From: an uncultured Alphaproteobacteria bacterium
GTDB taxonomy: Bacteria; Pseudomonadota; Alphaproteobacteria; JAJFIK01
Assembly (NCBI GenBank): GCA_964474635.1
Contig: CAYYTT010000002.1
Coordinates: forward strand, 6,015 to 70,014
Reading direction: 5' to 3'
DNA: 64,000 nucleotides
Shown: one piece after another, positions 54,398 through 63,455 of the stretch
How the letters are laid out: every line of letters starts with the position of its first letter
Numbering within the stretch: position 1 is the first letter of the stretch
The notes under the pieces: generated by a model
Databases searched by the model: none
The model's input: the letters and a program-made list of their open reading frames with translations, nothing else
Told to the model about the DNA's origin: nothing
Translations under genes and position numbers: made by a program

Positions 54398-56518
54398 TCA
54401 GATCTGGGCCAGCGTTTTCAAACGCGCCTGGGGGTGAATTTCGTTTTGCGACATGACGACCGTCTGGGGGCGGAAACGCTCAATCACCGAGCGTACATAG
54501 GGCCGGGCAAGGGGACTGGTCAGCAGGACAGGCATTTCCCCCTGCGCGCCCAGTTGCTCGAAGGTGGTGCGGATCTGGTTGATGAAGTCCTGGAGCTGGG
54601 AGGGCGCCATGGCGAGTTGCCGTTCCTCACCCTGACCAACCAGGCTTTCCCCGAAGGCCTGTTCCCAGTCGGGCGAGAGGCAGACGAGCGGAAGATAACC
54701 GCCGCCCGGGTCCTGATTGGCCGCGCAGATCTGCCGCCCCAGCCGCATGCGCACATGCTCCGTTATCATCGTGATGGAGCTTGTGAACCCTGTGGCCTCG
54801 GAAATACCCTCAAGGATCGATGGCAGGTCGCGGATGGAAACGCGTTCACGCAAGAGGGCCTGCAGGATGCGCTGGATACCGGTCATGGAGATGTGTCCGG
54901 GCACCAGGTCTTCGATGAGTTTTTGATGATCGCCGGGCACGTCATCGAGCAGTTTTTTCGTCTCCGCATAGGAAAGCAGCTCGGGCATGTTGTCCTTCAG
55001 CACCTCGGTGAGGTGGGTGGTGAGCACCGTGGCCGGATCAACAACGGTGTAGCCGCGGAAAGCGGCTTCCTCACGCAGGCCCGCGTCGATCCACCGGGCC
55101 GGAAGGCCAAAGGCGGGTTCGGTCGTGTCCTCTCCAGGCAGGTCAACGGGCGCGCCGCGCGGATCCATGACAAGCAGGGCACCGACTTTCAGATTGCCCG
55201 CGCCCGCATCCATTTCCTTCACCTTGATGGCGTAGTGGTCGCTGCTAAGCTGCATGTTGTCCAGGATGCGCACCGATGGCATCACGAAACCCATGTCGCT
55301 CGCCAATTGGCGGCGCAGGGCCTTGATTTGATCCGTGAGGCGATAGCCTTCTGCATCGTTGATCAGGGGCAGGAGGCCATAGCCCAATTCCAGGCGCAGA
55401 TTGTCCATGGCGAGGGCCGAACTGATGGGCTCTTCGGCCGGTTTTGCCTCGTCGACCTTCACCGACTCCGCCTCGGTGGCCCGGCGGCGCTGCTCCTTTT
55501 GTTGCTTGCCAAGCCAATAGGCCCCGTAGGCGCACGCGCCCGCGAGGGCAATGAACGTGACCTTGGGCGTTCCGGGCAGAACGACGACAATGGCAAGCAC
55601 GGCCGAGGCCATCCCAAGGGCCTGCGGATAATTCGTAAACTGGCGGATCAGCGCCTGGTCAGTTGACCCATCCACTCCGGATTTGGACACAAGCAGGCCG
55701 GCGCCCACCGAAACGATCAGGGCGGGTATCTGGCTGACAAGGCCGTCGCCAACCGTCAAAAGGGTATAGGTGTTGGCGGCCGTGCCGATATCCATGCCCT
55801 TCTGCGCCATGCCGATGATCATCCCGCCGATCACATTGATAAACGTGATGATCAGACCGGCGACGGCGTCGCCGCGCACGAATTTGCTGGCACCGTCCAT
55901 GGCGCCGAAGAAATTGCTCTCGTCCTCCAGGTCTTTACGCTTTTTCTTTGCGGTGGCCTCATCGATCAGGCCCGCAGATAAATCGGCATCGATGGCCATC
56001 TGTTTGCCGGGCATGGAATCCAGGGTAAAGCGCGCGGCAACTTCCGCGATACGGCCCGAACCCTTGGTGATGACGATGAAATTGACCAGGACAAGAATGG
56101 CGAAAATGATCACTCCAATGATCACATTGCCCTGCATGATGAAGCTGCCGAAGGCCTGGATCACGTCGCCGGCCGCGTCCGTCCCCTCATGGCCGCGGCT
56201 CAGGATGAGGCGCGTCGAGGCCAGATTGAGCGACAGGCGCATCAGGGTCGCGATCAACAGGACGGTCGGGAAGGCACTGAATTCAAGCGGCCTCTGAATG
56301 AACAGGGAGACCATAAGGATCAAGACCGAGAACATCAGCGAGACGCCCAGGAAGAAATCCAGAAACAGCGGCCCCATGGGCAGCAGCAGCACCGCCAGGA
56401 TGCCCACAATGCCGCCCGCGACCATCAGGTCGCCGCGCTGGGTCAACTGGCGCATCAGCCCGATGATATCGAGCCCCGTACCGCCGCCGGCCGCCGATTG
56501 ATGTCCTGCCTCGCTCAC
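54398..56518 (-). CDS. flhA: Flagellar export gate protein FlhA (set 2)
   Basis: 706 aa. FSAFPTVLLIATLMRLSLNLASTRLIL, VITKGSGRIAEVAARFTLDSMPGKQMAIDADL, FFGAMDGASKFVRGDAVAG. Confidence 0.95.
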   Translation of the reverse strand: MSEAGHQSAAGGGTGLDIIGLMRQLTQRGDLMVAGGIVGILAVLLLPMGPLFLDFFLGVSLMFSVLILMVSLFIQRPLEFSAFPTVLLIATLMRLSLNLASTRLILSRGHEGTDAAGDVIQAFGSFIMQGNVIIGVIIFAILVLVNFIVITKGSGRIAEVAARFTLDSMPGKQMAIDADLSAGLIDEATAKKKRKDLEDESNFFGAMDGASKFVRGDAVAGLIITFINVIGGMIIGMAQKGMDIGTAANTYTLLTVGDGLVSQIPALIVSVGAGLLVSKSGVDGSTDQALIRQFTNYPQALGMASAVLAIVVVLPGTPKVTFIALAGACAYGAYWLGKQQKEQRRRATEAESVKVDEAKPAEEPISSALAMDNLRLELGYGLLPLINDAEGYRLTDQIKALRRQLASDMGFVMPSVRILDNMQLSSDHYAIKVKEMDAGAGNLKVGALLVMDPRGAPVDLPGEDTTEPAFGLPARWIDAGLREEAAFRGYTVVDPATVLTTHLTEVLKDNMPELLSYAETKKLLDDVPGDHQKLIEDLVPGHISMTGIQRILQALLRERVSIRDLPSILEGISEATGFTSSITMITEHVRMRLGRQICAANQDPGGGYLPLVCLSPDWEQAFGESLVGQGEERQLAMAPSQLQDFINQIRTTFEQLGAQGEMPVLLTSPLARPYVRSVIERFRPQTVVMSQNEIHPQARLKTLAQI

Positions 56519-56560
56519 CGTGGTGTTGTCCTTTGTCCGCCCTTGCGTGGTCTGCCGGGA

Positions 56561-57949
56561 TCAGGGATGGGCCGTGCGTGCATCGCCCGGCTGGGGAACG
56601 GGAACGCCTTCTTCGCTGTACTGTTTGAGCTTGTTCCGCAGGGTCCGGATGGAAATACCCAGAATATTGGCCGCATGGGTCCGATTGCCGAGGCAATGGT
56701 CGAGCGTGTCGAGGATCAGATCCCGTTCCACGTCCGCGACCGTTCGGCCCACTAGACTGCCGGCCGCCACGCGCACTTGCGCGGCTGCCTGTGCGGCGTG
56801 TTCCGCGGGCCCGCCCAGGGGCAGGAGCGCGGCCGCCCCGTCGACTTTCGAGCCATCCGGCAGGCGAATGGCGTCCTCGGTGATCTCATGGCCCGTCGAC
56901 AGCAGAACCGACCGGTGCATGGTGTTCTCCAGCTCCCGGACATTGCCCTTCCAGGGATGGGCCACAAGGGCGCGCTTGGCCCGCTCGGAGAGGGGCTTGG
57001 GCACGATATCATTCGCTTGGGAATATTTGGCGATGAAGAATTCCACCAGGGCGAGGATGTCCTTTGGGCGTTCCCTCAGGGGGGGGATCTTCAAATTGAC
57101 CACATTCAGGCGATAGAAGAGGTCTTCGCGGAACGTCCCTTCCTTAACGGAATCGGCCAGTTTCCGGTTCGAAGTCGCCAGGATGCGGATGTCCACCTTG
57201 ATGGGTTTGGAGCCGCCGACCCGGTCGATTTCCCGTTCCTGGATCGCGCGCAGGAGCTTGGCCTGCAGACGAATATCCATCTCGCTGATTTCGTCGAGCA
57301 GCAAGGTGCCGCCATCGGCTTCCTCGAACTTCCCGATGCGCCGGGCGAGTGCGCCGGTGAAGGCGCCTTTCTCATGGCCAAACAATTCCGATTCGAGCAG
57401 ATTTTCAGGGATCGCCGCACAGTTCACCGAAATTAAAGGGTGTTCGGCGCGCAGCGATTTGCTGTGCACATATTTCGCCATGACCTCCTTACCGACACCG
57501 GATTCTCCAGTGATCAGAATGCTGGCATTGCTCGGTGCCACCTGGTCCGCCAGGGCGATGACGTCGGCCATGACATCATCCCGGTAAATCATCTGCTGGC
57601 GGTCATCGGCCACGGCCGACAGAACCGCGCCGATTAACTCCGCATCGGGAGGAAGGGGGATGTATTCCTTCGCGCCGGCGCGGATGGCGTTGACGGCTGC
57701 CCGCGCGTCATTGCCGATGCCGCAAGCCACCAGGGGCACGACGATGTGTTCGCCGTTCAATGCTTCGATCAGCCGGCGGATGTCGAGGGCCACATCCACC
57801 ATCAGCAGGTCGGCGCCGCGCCCGGCCCGCAGGTGATCAAGGGCGCTCTCAACGCTGGTGACATGGGCGACCTTGGCGCCCCGGTCGCTCGCGATCTTGG
57901 TCGCGGTACTGAGCTGACCGTCCAGAATTCCCACAATGAGCAATCGCAT
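56561..57949 (-). CDS. flbD: Sigma-54-dependent transcriptional activator with an atypical receiver domain (FlbD/FleQ-like)
   Basis: ATG 57949 after GGAG. AAA+ Walker A GESGVGKEVMAKYVH. Sigma-54 contact loop ESELFGHEKGAFTGA. Fis-type HTH AANILGISIRTLRNKLKQY. The receiver lacks the N-terminal acidic pair (reads LIVGILDG). Confidence 0.88.
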   Translation of the reverse strand: MRLLIVGILDGQLSTATKIASDRGAKVAHVTSVESALDHLRAGRGADLLMVDVALDIRRLIEALNGEHIVVPLVACGIGNDARAAVNAIRAGAKEYIPLPPDAELIGAVLSAVADDRQQMIYRDDVMADVIALADQVAPSNASILITGESGVGKEVMAKYVHSKSLRAEHPLISVNCAAIPENLLESELFGHEKGAFTGALARRIGKFEEADGGTLLLDEISEMDIRLQAKLLRAIQEREIDRVGGSKPIKVDIRILATSNRKLADSVKEGTFREDLFYRLNVVNLKIPPLRERPKDILALVEFFIAKYSQANDIVPKPLSERAKRALVAHPWKGNVRELENTMHRSVLLSTGHEITEDAIRLPDGSKVDGAAALLPLGGPAEHAAQAAAQVRVAAGSLVGRTVADVERDLILDTLDHCLGNRTHAANILGISIRTLRNKLKQYSEEGVPVPQPGDARTAHP

Positions 57950-57967
57950 GGTTCTGCTCCTCAAAAA

Positions 57968-58831
57968 TCAGGTCGTGAAGCGGCGCGCCTGGTCCCGCGG
58001 CGCCAGATGGGCATTGATGGCAAGCTCCAGGTGACGCGGGCTCTCGCGCCGTGCGATGGCCAACGCCGCCAGCGCATGGATGATATTGATCTGTCCCATC
58101 AGGGTGCTGCGCTCCTCGAGACGCTGGGCAATGGGGGCAAAGACCATGTGCCCCAACACCGCGCCGTAAAGGGTTGTCAGCATGGCAAGGGCCATGGCCG
58201 GACCGATGGCGGCCGGGTCATCCAGCAGGCGGAGCATCTGGATCAAACCCACCATGGTTCCGATCAATCCCATGGCCGGTGCGATTTCGGCGGCGCGGCG
58301 AAAGACTACGGCCGTGCGCCGGTGACGCTCATCGATGGCGCGCAGCTCATTGCTCAGAACCCGTTCCATGTCCTCCGGCGGCAACCCGTCGATCACCATG
58401 GTCATGGCCTTCTGGATGAAGGGCCGGCCTTGAAATTTCGGCAGGGCCTGCTCAAGCAGGGGCAGCCCTTCCCGGCGCACCTGCTCGGCCATGCGGACGG
58501 CAGCCGTCGAGACGCTCCGCACCGATGCGGCCGGGGACAGGACCACAAAGCGCAGGCCACGCGTCGCGCTCATTAGATCGGTCGCCGGTGTGCCCGCGGC
58601 GGTGATGAAAAGCGTACCCCCCAGCACAATGAGGAGGGAGCGCAGGTCCAGGAAAGCATCCGCCGGACCGCCAAGCGCAATGGCCGTCATCAGTGTAATG
58701 AGCGCAAGACCGAGCGCGAGGGGTGTGGAGACGTCAAAGTGCAGACGTTCCGCCTCATGCACAAGGTTGGTCAAGCGCTGACCTGTCTTTGGGGCCGAAG
58801 GCGCGGCCGAGGATCCGGACGTCATGGTCAA
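57968..58831 (-). CDS. motA: MotA/PomA-type flagellar stator channel protein (set 2), with no adjacent motB
   Basis: EIAPAMGLIGTMVGLIQMLRLLDDPAAIGPAMALAMLTTLYGAVLGHMVFAPIAQRL matches the MotA/PomA TM3-TM4 signature. Four predicted TM segments. Confidence 0.8.
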   Translation of the reverse strand: MTMTSGSSAAPSAPKTGQRLTNLVHEAERLHFDVSTPLALGLALITLMTAIALGGPADAFLDLRSLLIVLGGTLFITAAGTPATDLMSATRGLRFVVLSPAASVRSVSTAAVRMAEQVRREGLPLLEQALPKFQGRPFIQKAMTMVIDGLPPEDMERVLSNELRAIDERHRRTAVVFRRAAEIAPAMGLIGTMVGLIQMLRLLDDPAAIGPAMALAMLTTLYGAVLGHMVFAPIAQRLEERSTLMGQINIIHALAALAIARRESPRHLELAINAHLAPRDQARRFTT

Positions 58832-59181
58832 ATGCCGCCCTTGACGATTTCGGTCATGGTAATCCCCAGGCGTTCCTCCACAAGCACCACTTCGCCGCGG
58901 GCGACCAGGCGGTCATTCACATAGATGTCGATGGCCTCACCGACCTTGCGATCCAGTTCCACGACGGCGCCCCGTCCGAGTTTCAGCAATTGACTGACTT
59001 CCATTTCCGTCTTGCCCAAGATGGCCGAAACCCGCACCGGTATGTCGTAAACGGCCTCAAGATCCGTTGCCGTCTTTTTGATATCGGCGCCTTCGGACTC
59101 CGCCTCGCTTTGGTCAGGTTCGGGAACCGGCTCGCCTTCCGGGTCCAGTTCCGGCAAGTCCACATTATCCCCGTCCGCCAT
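58828..59181 (-). CDS. fliN: Flagellar motor switch protein FliN (set 2)
   Basis: IPVRVSAILGKTEMEVSQLLKLGRGAVVELDRKVGEAIDIYVNDRLVARGEVVLVEERLGITMTEI. Confidence 0.92.
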   Translation of the reverse strand: MADGDNVDLPELDPEGEPVPEPDQSEAESEGADIKKTATDLEAVYDIPVRVSAILGKTEMEVSQLLKLGRGAVVELDRKVGEAIDIYVNDRLVARGEVVLVEERLGITMTEIVKGGI

Positions 59182-59204
59182 GATGTCCTCGATCGCTCCT
59201 CATG

Positions 59205-59855
59205 TTACTGATCAAACAGGTCAAGTTGAGTGTTGCCCTCCGCCTCCAGATGCTCCCGGATCATGGTGCGCAGGGCCTCAAGCCCTTCGGCCCAGTTGCT
59301 AAAGGCCCCGCCATCGGCCCAACTCAAGGCGCAATCGGCACTGTCCACGGTGTCGTCCGGCGTGATCTCCAGATGTCCGGTAAAACCGGCGGCCTGCGCC
59401 GCTGCCTCGATCCGGCCGGCAAGTTCCTCGGCCATGGCCGGCGCCAGACGGATGGTGACCTGGGACGTCGTGCGCAGGGTGGAGAGAGCCTCCTTGATAA
59501 TGGCCTCCAGATGATCCGCTCCGTGACGCTCCAGCGCTGTCTCCATGAGGTGACGGGTCGTCTCGAGGGACAGGCGAGCGCCTTCGGCGCGCACGCGGTC
59601 CACTTCACCCTGGAGCGTACCGATGATGTCGCCGAGCTGCGCCGTGATGGTGGCGAGGGCGGCGTTCACGGCCTGAGCCGTCGCTTCTTGTGTTTTGGCC
59701 TCCACGCTCGATTGACCCTCGGCGAAGCCGTCCGCACGCGCCGCCTCCACGTCTTCGGCGGTGAAGCGGGTCTTGGGTCTGGGCGGGCGTTCGCGCACGG
59801 TGTTGCCGTAGCGGTCGAACTCCGTGTCGAAGGTGTATTTGACGTGTTCACTCAT
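59205..59855 (-). CDS. fliH: FliH/FlbE-like flagellar assembly protein (set 2)
   Basis: 216 aa between fliG and fliN. FTAEDVEAARADGFAEGQSS charged helix. Confidence 0.6.
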   Translation of the reverse strand: MSEHVKYTFDTEFDRYGNTVRERPPRPKTRFTAEDVEAARADGFAEGQSSVEAKTQEATAQAVNAALATITAQLGDIIGTLQGEVDRVRAEGARLSLETTRHLMETALERHGADHLEAIIKEALSTLRTTSQVTIRLAPAMAEELAGRIEAAAQAAGFTGHLEITPDDTVDSADCALSWADGGAFSNWAEGLEALRTMIREHLEAEGNTQLDLFDQ

Positions 59856-59865
59856 GATCCGCCCA

Positions 59866-60906
59866 TCAATAAATCAGCTCATCTTCGCCGCCGGACTCGG
59901 CGATCATGATCTCGCCCTTGGCCGCCAGATCCTTGGCCAGGTTGACCATCTGGGTCTGGGCGTCGTCCACGTCCTTCAGGCGTACAGGCCCCATGGCTTC
60001 CATATCTTCGCGCATGATTTTGCCGGCGCGTTCGGACATGTTGGAAAAGAACAGGTCGCGCAATTGATCCGAGGCCCCCTTGAGGGCGAGCGCCAGCTTG
60101 TCCTTTTCCACACTGCGCAGCAGCGTCTGGATACTGCCCGGGTCAAGCTTGTTGAGATCCTCAAAGGTGAACATCAAGGCCTTGATCCGCTCCGCCGCAT
60201 CCCGGGATCGTTCCTCAAGGGACGTCAAAAAGCGCGCCTCGGTCTGCCGGTCAAAATTGTTGAAGATCTCCGCCATCATTTCGTGGGCGTCGCGTTTTTG
60301 CGTACGCGCCAGGTTGGACATGAATTCCACCCGCAAGGTGGATTCGATCTTGTCCAGGATGTCCTTTTGCACCGACTCCATGCGCAGCATGCGCATCACC
60401 ACCTCCAGGCCGAAATCCTCCGGCAGGGAGCCGAGCACCCGCGCCGCATGATCCGACTTGATCTTGGAGAGGACGACCGCGACGGTCTGCGGATATTCAT
60501 TCTTGAGATAATTTGCCAGAATGGCCTCGTTCACATTGGCCAGCTTGTCCCACATGGTCCGCCCCGCCGGCCCCCGGATTTCCTCCATCACATTCGTGAC
60601 TTTGTCATCGGGCAAAAAGCGTTTCAGCAACCGCTCGGTCGCTTCGTAGGACCCCATAAGGGCGCCCGTGCTCGACATCTTGCCGACGAAATCGATCAGC
60701 AGCTGCTCCACCACGGCCGAATTGATCGTGCCCAGATTGGACATTATCTGGGAAATCTCCTTCAACTCGTCGTCATCGAGCATGGCCCACAGGGGTTTGC
60801 CGTGTTCTTCCCCGAGCGACAGCAGCAGAACCGCCGCCCGTTCGGGACCGGACAGTTTGCGCACGTCGTCGATGACGGCCGGGACGGCTTTGGCGGCTCT
60901 TGCCAT
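59866..60906 (-). CDS. fliG: Flagellar motor switch protein FliG (set 2)
   Basis: [61 protein letters not shown]. Confidence 0.93.
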   Translation of the reverse strand: MARAAKAVPAVIDDVRKLSGPERAAVLLLSLGEEHGKPLWAMLDDDELKEISQIMSNLGTINSAVVEQLLIDFVGKMSSTGALMGSYEATERLLKRFLPDDKVTNVMEEIRGPAGRTMWDKLANVNEAILANYLKNEYPQTVAVVLSKIKSDHAARVLGSLPEDFGLEVVMRMLRMESVQKDILDKIESTLRVEFMSNLARTQKRDAHEMMAEIFNNFDRQTEARFLTSLEERSRDAAERIKALMFTFEDLNKLDPGSIQTLLRSVEKDKLALALKGASDQLRDLFFSNMSERAGKIMREDMEAMGPVRLKDVDDAQTQMVNLAKDLAAKGEIMIAESGGEDELIY

Positions 60907-60917
60907 GGATTAGGTCC

Positions 60918-62603
60918 TCATGGGGTTTCGTGCAGCCAGCTGCGCAGGATCGACATGGATTCCTCCGGATGCGCCGTGACGATCTCGCCGACCTTGCGCA
61001 CGGAGGAGTCCTTGACCTGTCCCTGGATGTGGGCAAGGTCGATGGCCTTCATCACGTCCGTCGTCCCGTCGGGGGAGGGCAGGCCTGGAACGCCCTCCTC
61101 CGCCGCCGCGTCCTCCCCAACGGCGGGCGTTCCCGGACCGGTGAGTTGGGGCACGGCATCCGCGCCCTCGATGGCGGCGACCGGCAGGCCATCCGCGCCG
61201 ATGGCCTCGCCCATCGCCACGCCGCGCGGGCTCATGAGGCGCTTGATGAGCGGTTGCAGCGCCAGAAGGAAAATCAGGGCCAGGATGACCAGTGCGATCG
61301 ACTCCACCACCCGGTTGATGTCCAGGGTGTCCATGAACCCGCCGGGCTCCTCCGGCAGGTCCACTGGTTCGGGCTCGGCAAAGCGGGTCGAAATGATCCG
61401 GATCTGGTCCCCGCGCTCACTGTCAAATCCCACGGCCGCCTTGACGAGGTCCTCAAGGTTGGCGAGGGTTTGGGCGGGGCGGGCCTCGAAGGTCACCGTG
61501 CCATCCGCAGCCGTTGTTTTGATTTCATTCACCACGACCGCGACACTGAGGCGCTCCAGGCGGCCGGCTTCCTGCACTTCGGTGCGCTTCGTGAGCGAGT
61601 TTTCGTAGTTGATGGTCTCTTCGCTGCGGTTTTCCTGGGACGAGGACTCCGGGCCATCCGTATCCTGCGCGGCATCGGGCAGGTTGTTGCCCACCGAGAC
61701 CGCGCCGGTGTCTTCGCGGTCGCGGCTGTTGGCGGCTTCCTCGACCGTGCGTGTGGAGACCACCACCTGGCGATCGGGATCGAAACTGCGGGTTTCCTCC
61801 ACGACCCGGTTGTAGCTCATATCCGCCGTAACCCGCACCCGGGCATTACCGGCTCCGACAATCCGGGTCAGGATTTCTTCCGCTTCCGTCTGCAGCTGGC
61901 GCTCCAGTCCAAGACGCCGTTCGTCGAGCGTGCCAGCGATGGCGTCTGGTCCATCGCCCTGGCCGCTGGCCAGAACATTGCCCTCACTGTCAATCACCGA
62001 GACGCGCTGGGGCGACAGGCTTTCCACGGCAGAGGCAACCAGAAACTGGATACCCCGCACCTGGTTGCGCGTAAGGCTGCCATGGGTGGTTTCAAGCTGG
62101 ATGGACGCGGTCGCGGGCTTTTGTTCCCGGGCGAAGAGTTCCCGCTTGGGCAGATTGAGGAAGACCCGGGCCGTACGCACACTGTCAAGGGCACCGATGG
62201 TGCGCGCCAGTTCGCCCTCAAGGGCCCGGACATAGTTCACGTTCTGCAAAAAGCTTGTGGTGCCCAGAGCGCTTTGATTATCAAGAAGTTCGTATCCAAC
62301 AATGCCCCGCGCGGGCAGGCCTTCGCTCGCGAACGCCATGCGCAGGTCGAGCACATCGTCGCTCGGCACCAGGACGGTTGTGCCATTGTGGCGCTGCTCA
62401 TAGGGCACGTCGCGGCTGCGCAGTTCCTCGGTGATCCGGGCGGCGTCGCGCAGATCGAGATCGGTGAAAAGGACCGTCATGTCCTTGTCGGCGAGACGGA
62501 ACATGGCCGCCGCCAGCGCGCCGCCGAGCAGCGACAGGATCGCGATCCCGGCCACAAGGCGGGTCGTGCCGATCGAGCGCAAAAATTCCGAAACCCCGTT
62601 CAA
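60918..62603 (-). CDS. fliF: Flagellar MS-ring protein FliF (set 2)
   Basis: NGVSEFLRSIGTTRLVAGIAILSLLGG, LFTDLDLRDAARITEELRSRDVPYEQRHNGTTVLVPSDDV, GYELLD. I prefer TTG 62603 (GGGGG 6 nt upstream, family-typical N-terminus). The ORF is open to TTG 62696. Confidence 0.9.
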   Translation of the reverse strand: MNGVSEFLRSIGTTRLVAGIAILSLLGGALAAAMFRLADKDMTVLFTDLDLRDAARITEELRSRDVPYEQRHNGTTVLVPSDDVLDLRMAFASEGLPARGIVGYELLDNQSALGTTSFLQNVNYVRALEGELARTIGALDSVRTARVFLNLPKRELFAREQKPATASIQLETTHGSLTRNQVRGIQFLVASAVESLSPQRVSVIDSEGNVLASGQGDGPDAIAGTLDERRLGLERQLQTEAEEILTRIVGAGNARVRVTADMSYNRVVEETRSFDPDRQVVVSTRTVEEAANSRDREDTGAVSVGNNLPDAAQDTDGPESSSQENRSEETINYENSLTKRTEVQEAGRLERLSVAVVVNEIKTTAADGTVTFEARPAQTLANLEDLVKAAVGFDSERGDQIRIISTRFAEPEPVDLPEEPGGFMDTLDINRVVESIALVILALIFLLALQPLIKRLMSPRGVAMGEAIGADGLPVAAIEGADAVPQLTGPGTPAVGEDAAAEEGVPGLPSPDGTTDVMKAIDLAHIQGQVKDSSVRKVGEIVTAHPEESMSILRSWLHETP

Positions 62604-62713
62604 GGCAACCCCCGATCCCCACTTCGGGCCCCGCGCCTCCCCATGCCGGCGCCACTGGCCCTGCCGTCCGGATGTCTTCACCGGGCCGGTAGGCAAAAAA
62701 TGCCCCGGACGTC

Positions 62714-62729
62714 GTAAAGATCAGGTTAG
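62714..62729. promoter_or_regulatory. GTAA-N7-GTTA(G) box upstream of fliF (set 2), a degenerate TTAA-N7-TTAA (CtrA-type) candidate
   Basis: GTAAAGATCAGGTTAG. The same half-sites and spacing recur at 63334-63349 upstream of sciP. Confidence 0.3.
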
Positions 62730-62858
62730 TTGGCCAGGCAGGCTGCTCGGGCGGGCTGGCTTGCGTGGGGCCGGATGGGTCCGGAAAAGCCCTGATGTGG
62801 CAAGAAGACAGTCTTTGTAGGGAATGGTGGCACGGGCAAGAAAGGGAAAAACGGGATA

Positions 62859-62906
62859 CAGGAAGCCTGACTGCAGGGACCCCGGGCCCCGCAGTCAGGC
62901 TTCCTG
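62859..62906 (-). terminator. Rho-independent terminator of sciP
   Basis: Perfect 16-bp inverted repeat CAGGAAGCCTGACTGC / GCAGTCAGGCTTCCTG with a 16-nt loop. On the minus strand it is followed by TATCCCGTTTTTCCCTTTCTT. Confidence 0.75.
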
Positions 62907-62975
62907 CTGCGTCCGCGCTGTCACGTCCGCGTTGTCATCTCCGGCGCGCCGCAGCGCGACCGGCTCGAAGTGCCA

Positions 62976-63260
62976 TCAGGCCATCACCTGATTGCGATAG
63001 TGTTGAATACGGGTCGTACGCAAGCCGGCGAGGCCGTGCTTGTCGATGGCCGTTTCCCAGGCGGAGAATTCCTCCTCCGTCAGGGCATAGCGGGCGCAGG
63101 CCTCCTCCAGTGTCAAAAGCCCCCCACGGACGGCCAGCACCACCTGCGCCTTGCGCCGGATCACCCAGCGCTTCGTGTTGGCCGGCGGAAGATCGGCCGC
63201 TGTGAGCGGGCTCCCATCCGGTCCGATAATATAGTTCACCCTCTCTTTCACCTCCACCAT
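62976..63260 (-). CDS. sciP: DUF1153-family small HTH protein (SciP-like CtrA inhibitor)
   Basis: 94 aa. YIIGPDGSPLTAADLPPANTKRWVIRRKAQVVLAVRGGLLTLEEACARYALTEEEFSAWETAIDKHGLAGLRTTRIQHYR matches my recollection of the SciP/DUF1153 pattern. Confidence 0.8.
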   Translation of the reverse strand: MVEVKERVNYIIGPDGSPLTAADLPPANTKRWVIRRKAQVVLAVRGGLLTLEEACARYALTEEEFSAWETAIDKHGLAGLRTTRIQHYRNQVMA

Positions 63261-63310
63261 TGACTGCTCCCTCCGTCAGTCCCCCTTTTCTTCAGGCTAG
63301 ACTTGTCCAT

Positions 63311-63366
63311 TTAAGGAACGCATAAGTGAAATGGTAACCTGTGCGTTAGGGATAACATGCGTTTAC
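63311..63366. promoter_or_regulatory. Three TTAA-N7-TTAA-like boxes in the sciP upstream region (candidate CtrA sites)
   Basis: TTAA-GGAACGC-ATAA (63311-25), GTAA-CCTGTGC-GTTA (63334-48), ATAA-CATGCGT-TTAC (63352-66). TTACCAT at 63363-69 resembles the TTAACCAT half-site. Confidence 0.35.
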
Positions 63367-63455
63367 CATGAACGGACCGTATCGCGTTCGGTGAGCGCCG
63401 GCACGCCGGGCCCCGCGCGCGGCACAAACGCGCAAGGCCCGGGCGATGACTGCGC

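Noticed and set aside
53195-55666. 823-aa plus-strand ORF
   Set aside because: It is antisense to flhF and flhA (set 2), whose translations carry unambiguous family motifs. Its own translation is Gly/Arg/His/Ala-rich and low-complexity. Long antisense ORFs are expected in high-GC DNA because stop codons are rare.
59824-62717. 594-aa and 605-aa plus-strand ORFs (59824..61608 and 60900..62717)
   Set aside because: Antisense to fliG and fliF (set 2). Arg/Gly/His-rich composition with no recognisable domains. High-GC artefact.
62828-62843. TGGCACGGGCAAGAAA, resembling the -24 element of a sigma-54 promoter
   Set aside because: It lacks the TTGC -12 element at the correct spacing. It points along the plus strand, where no gene follows, and it overlaps the T-rich tail region of the sciP terminator.
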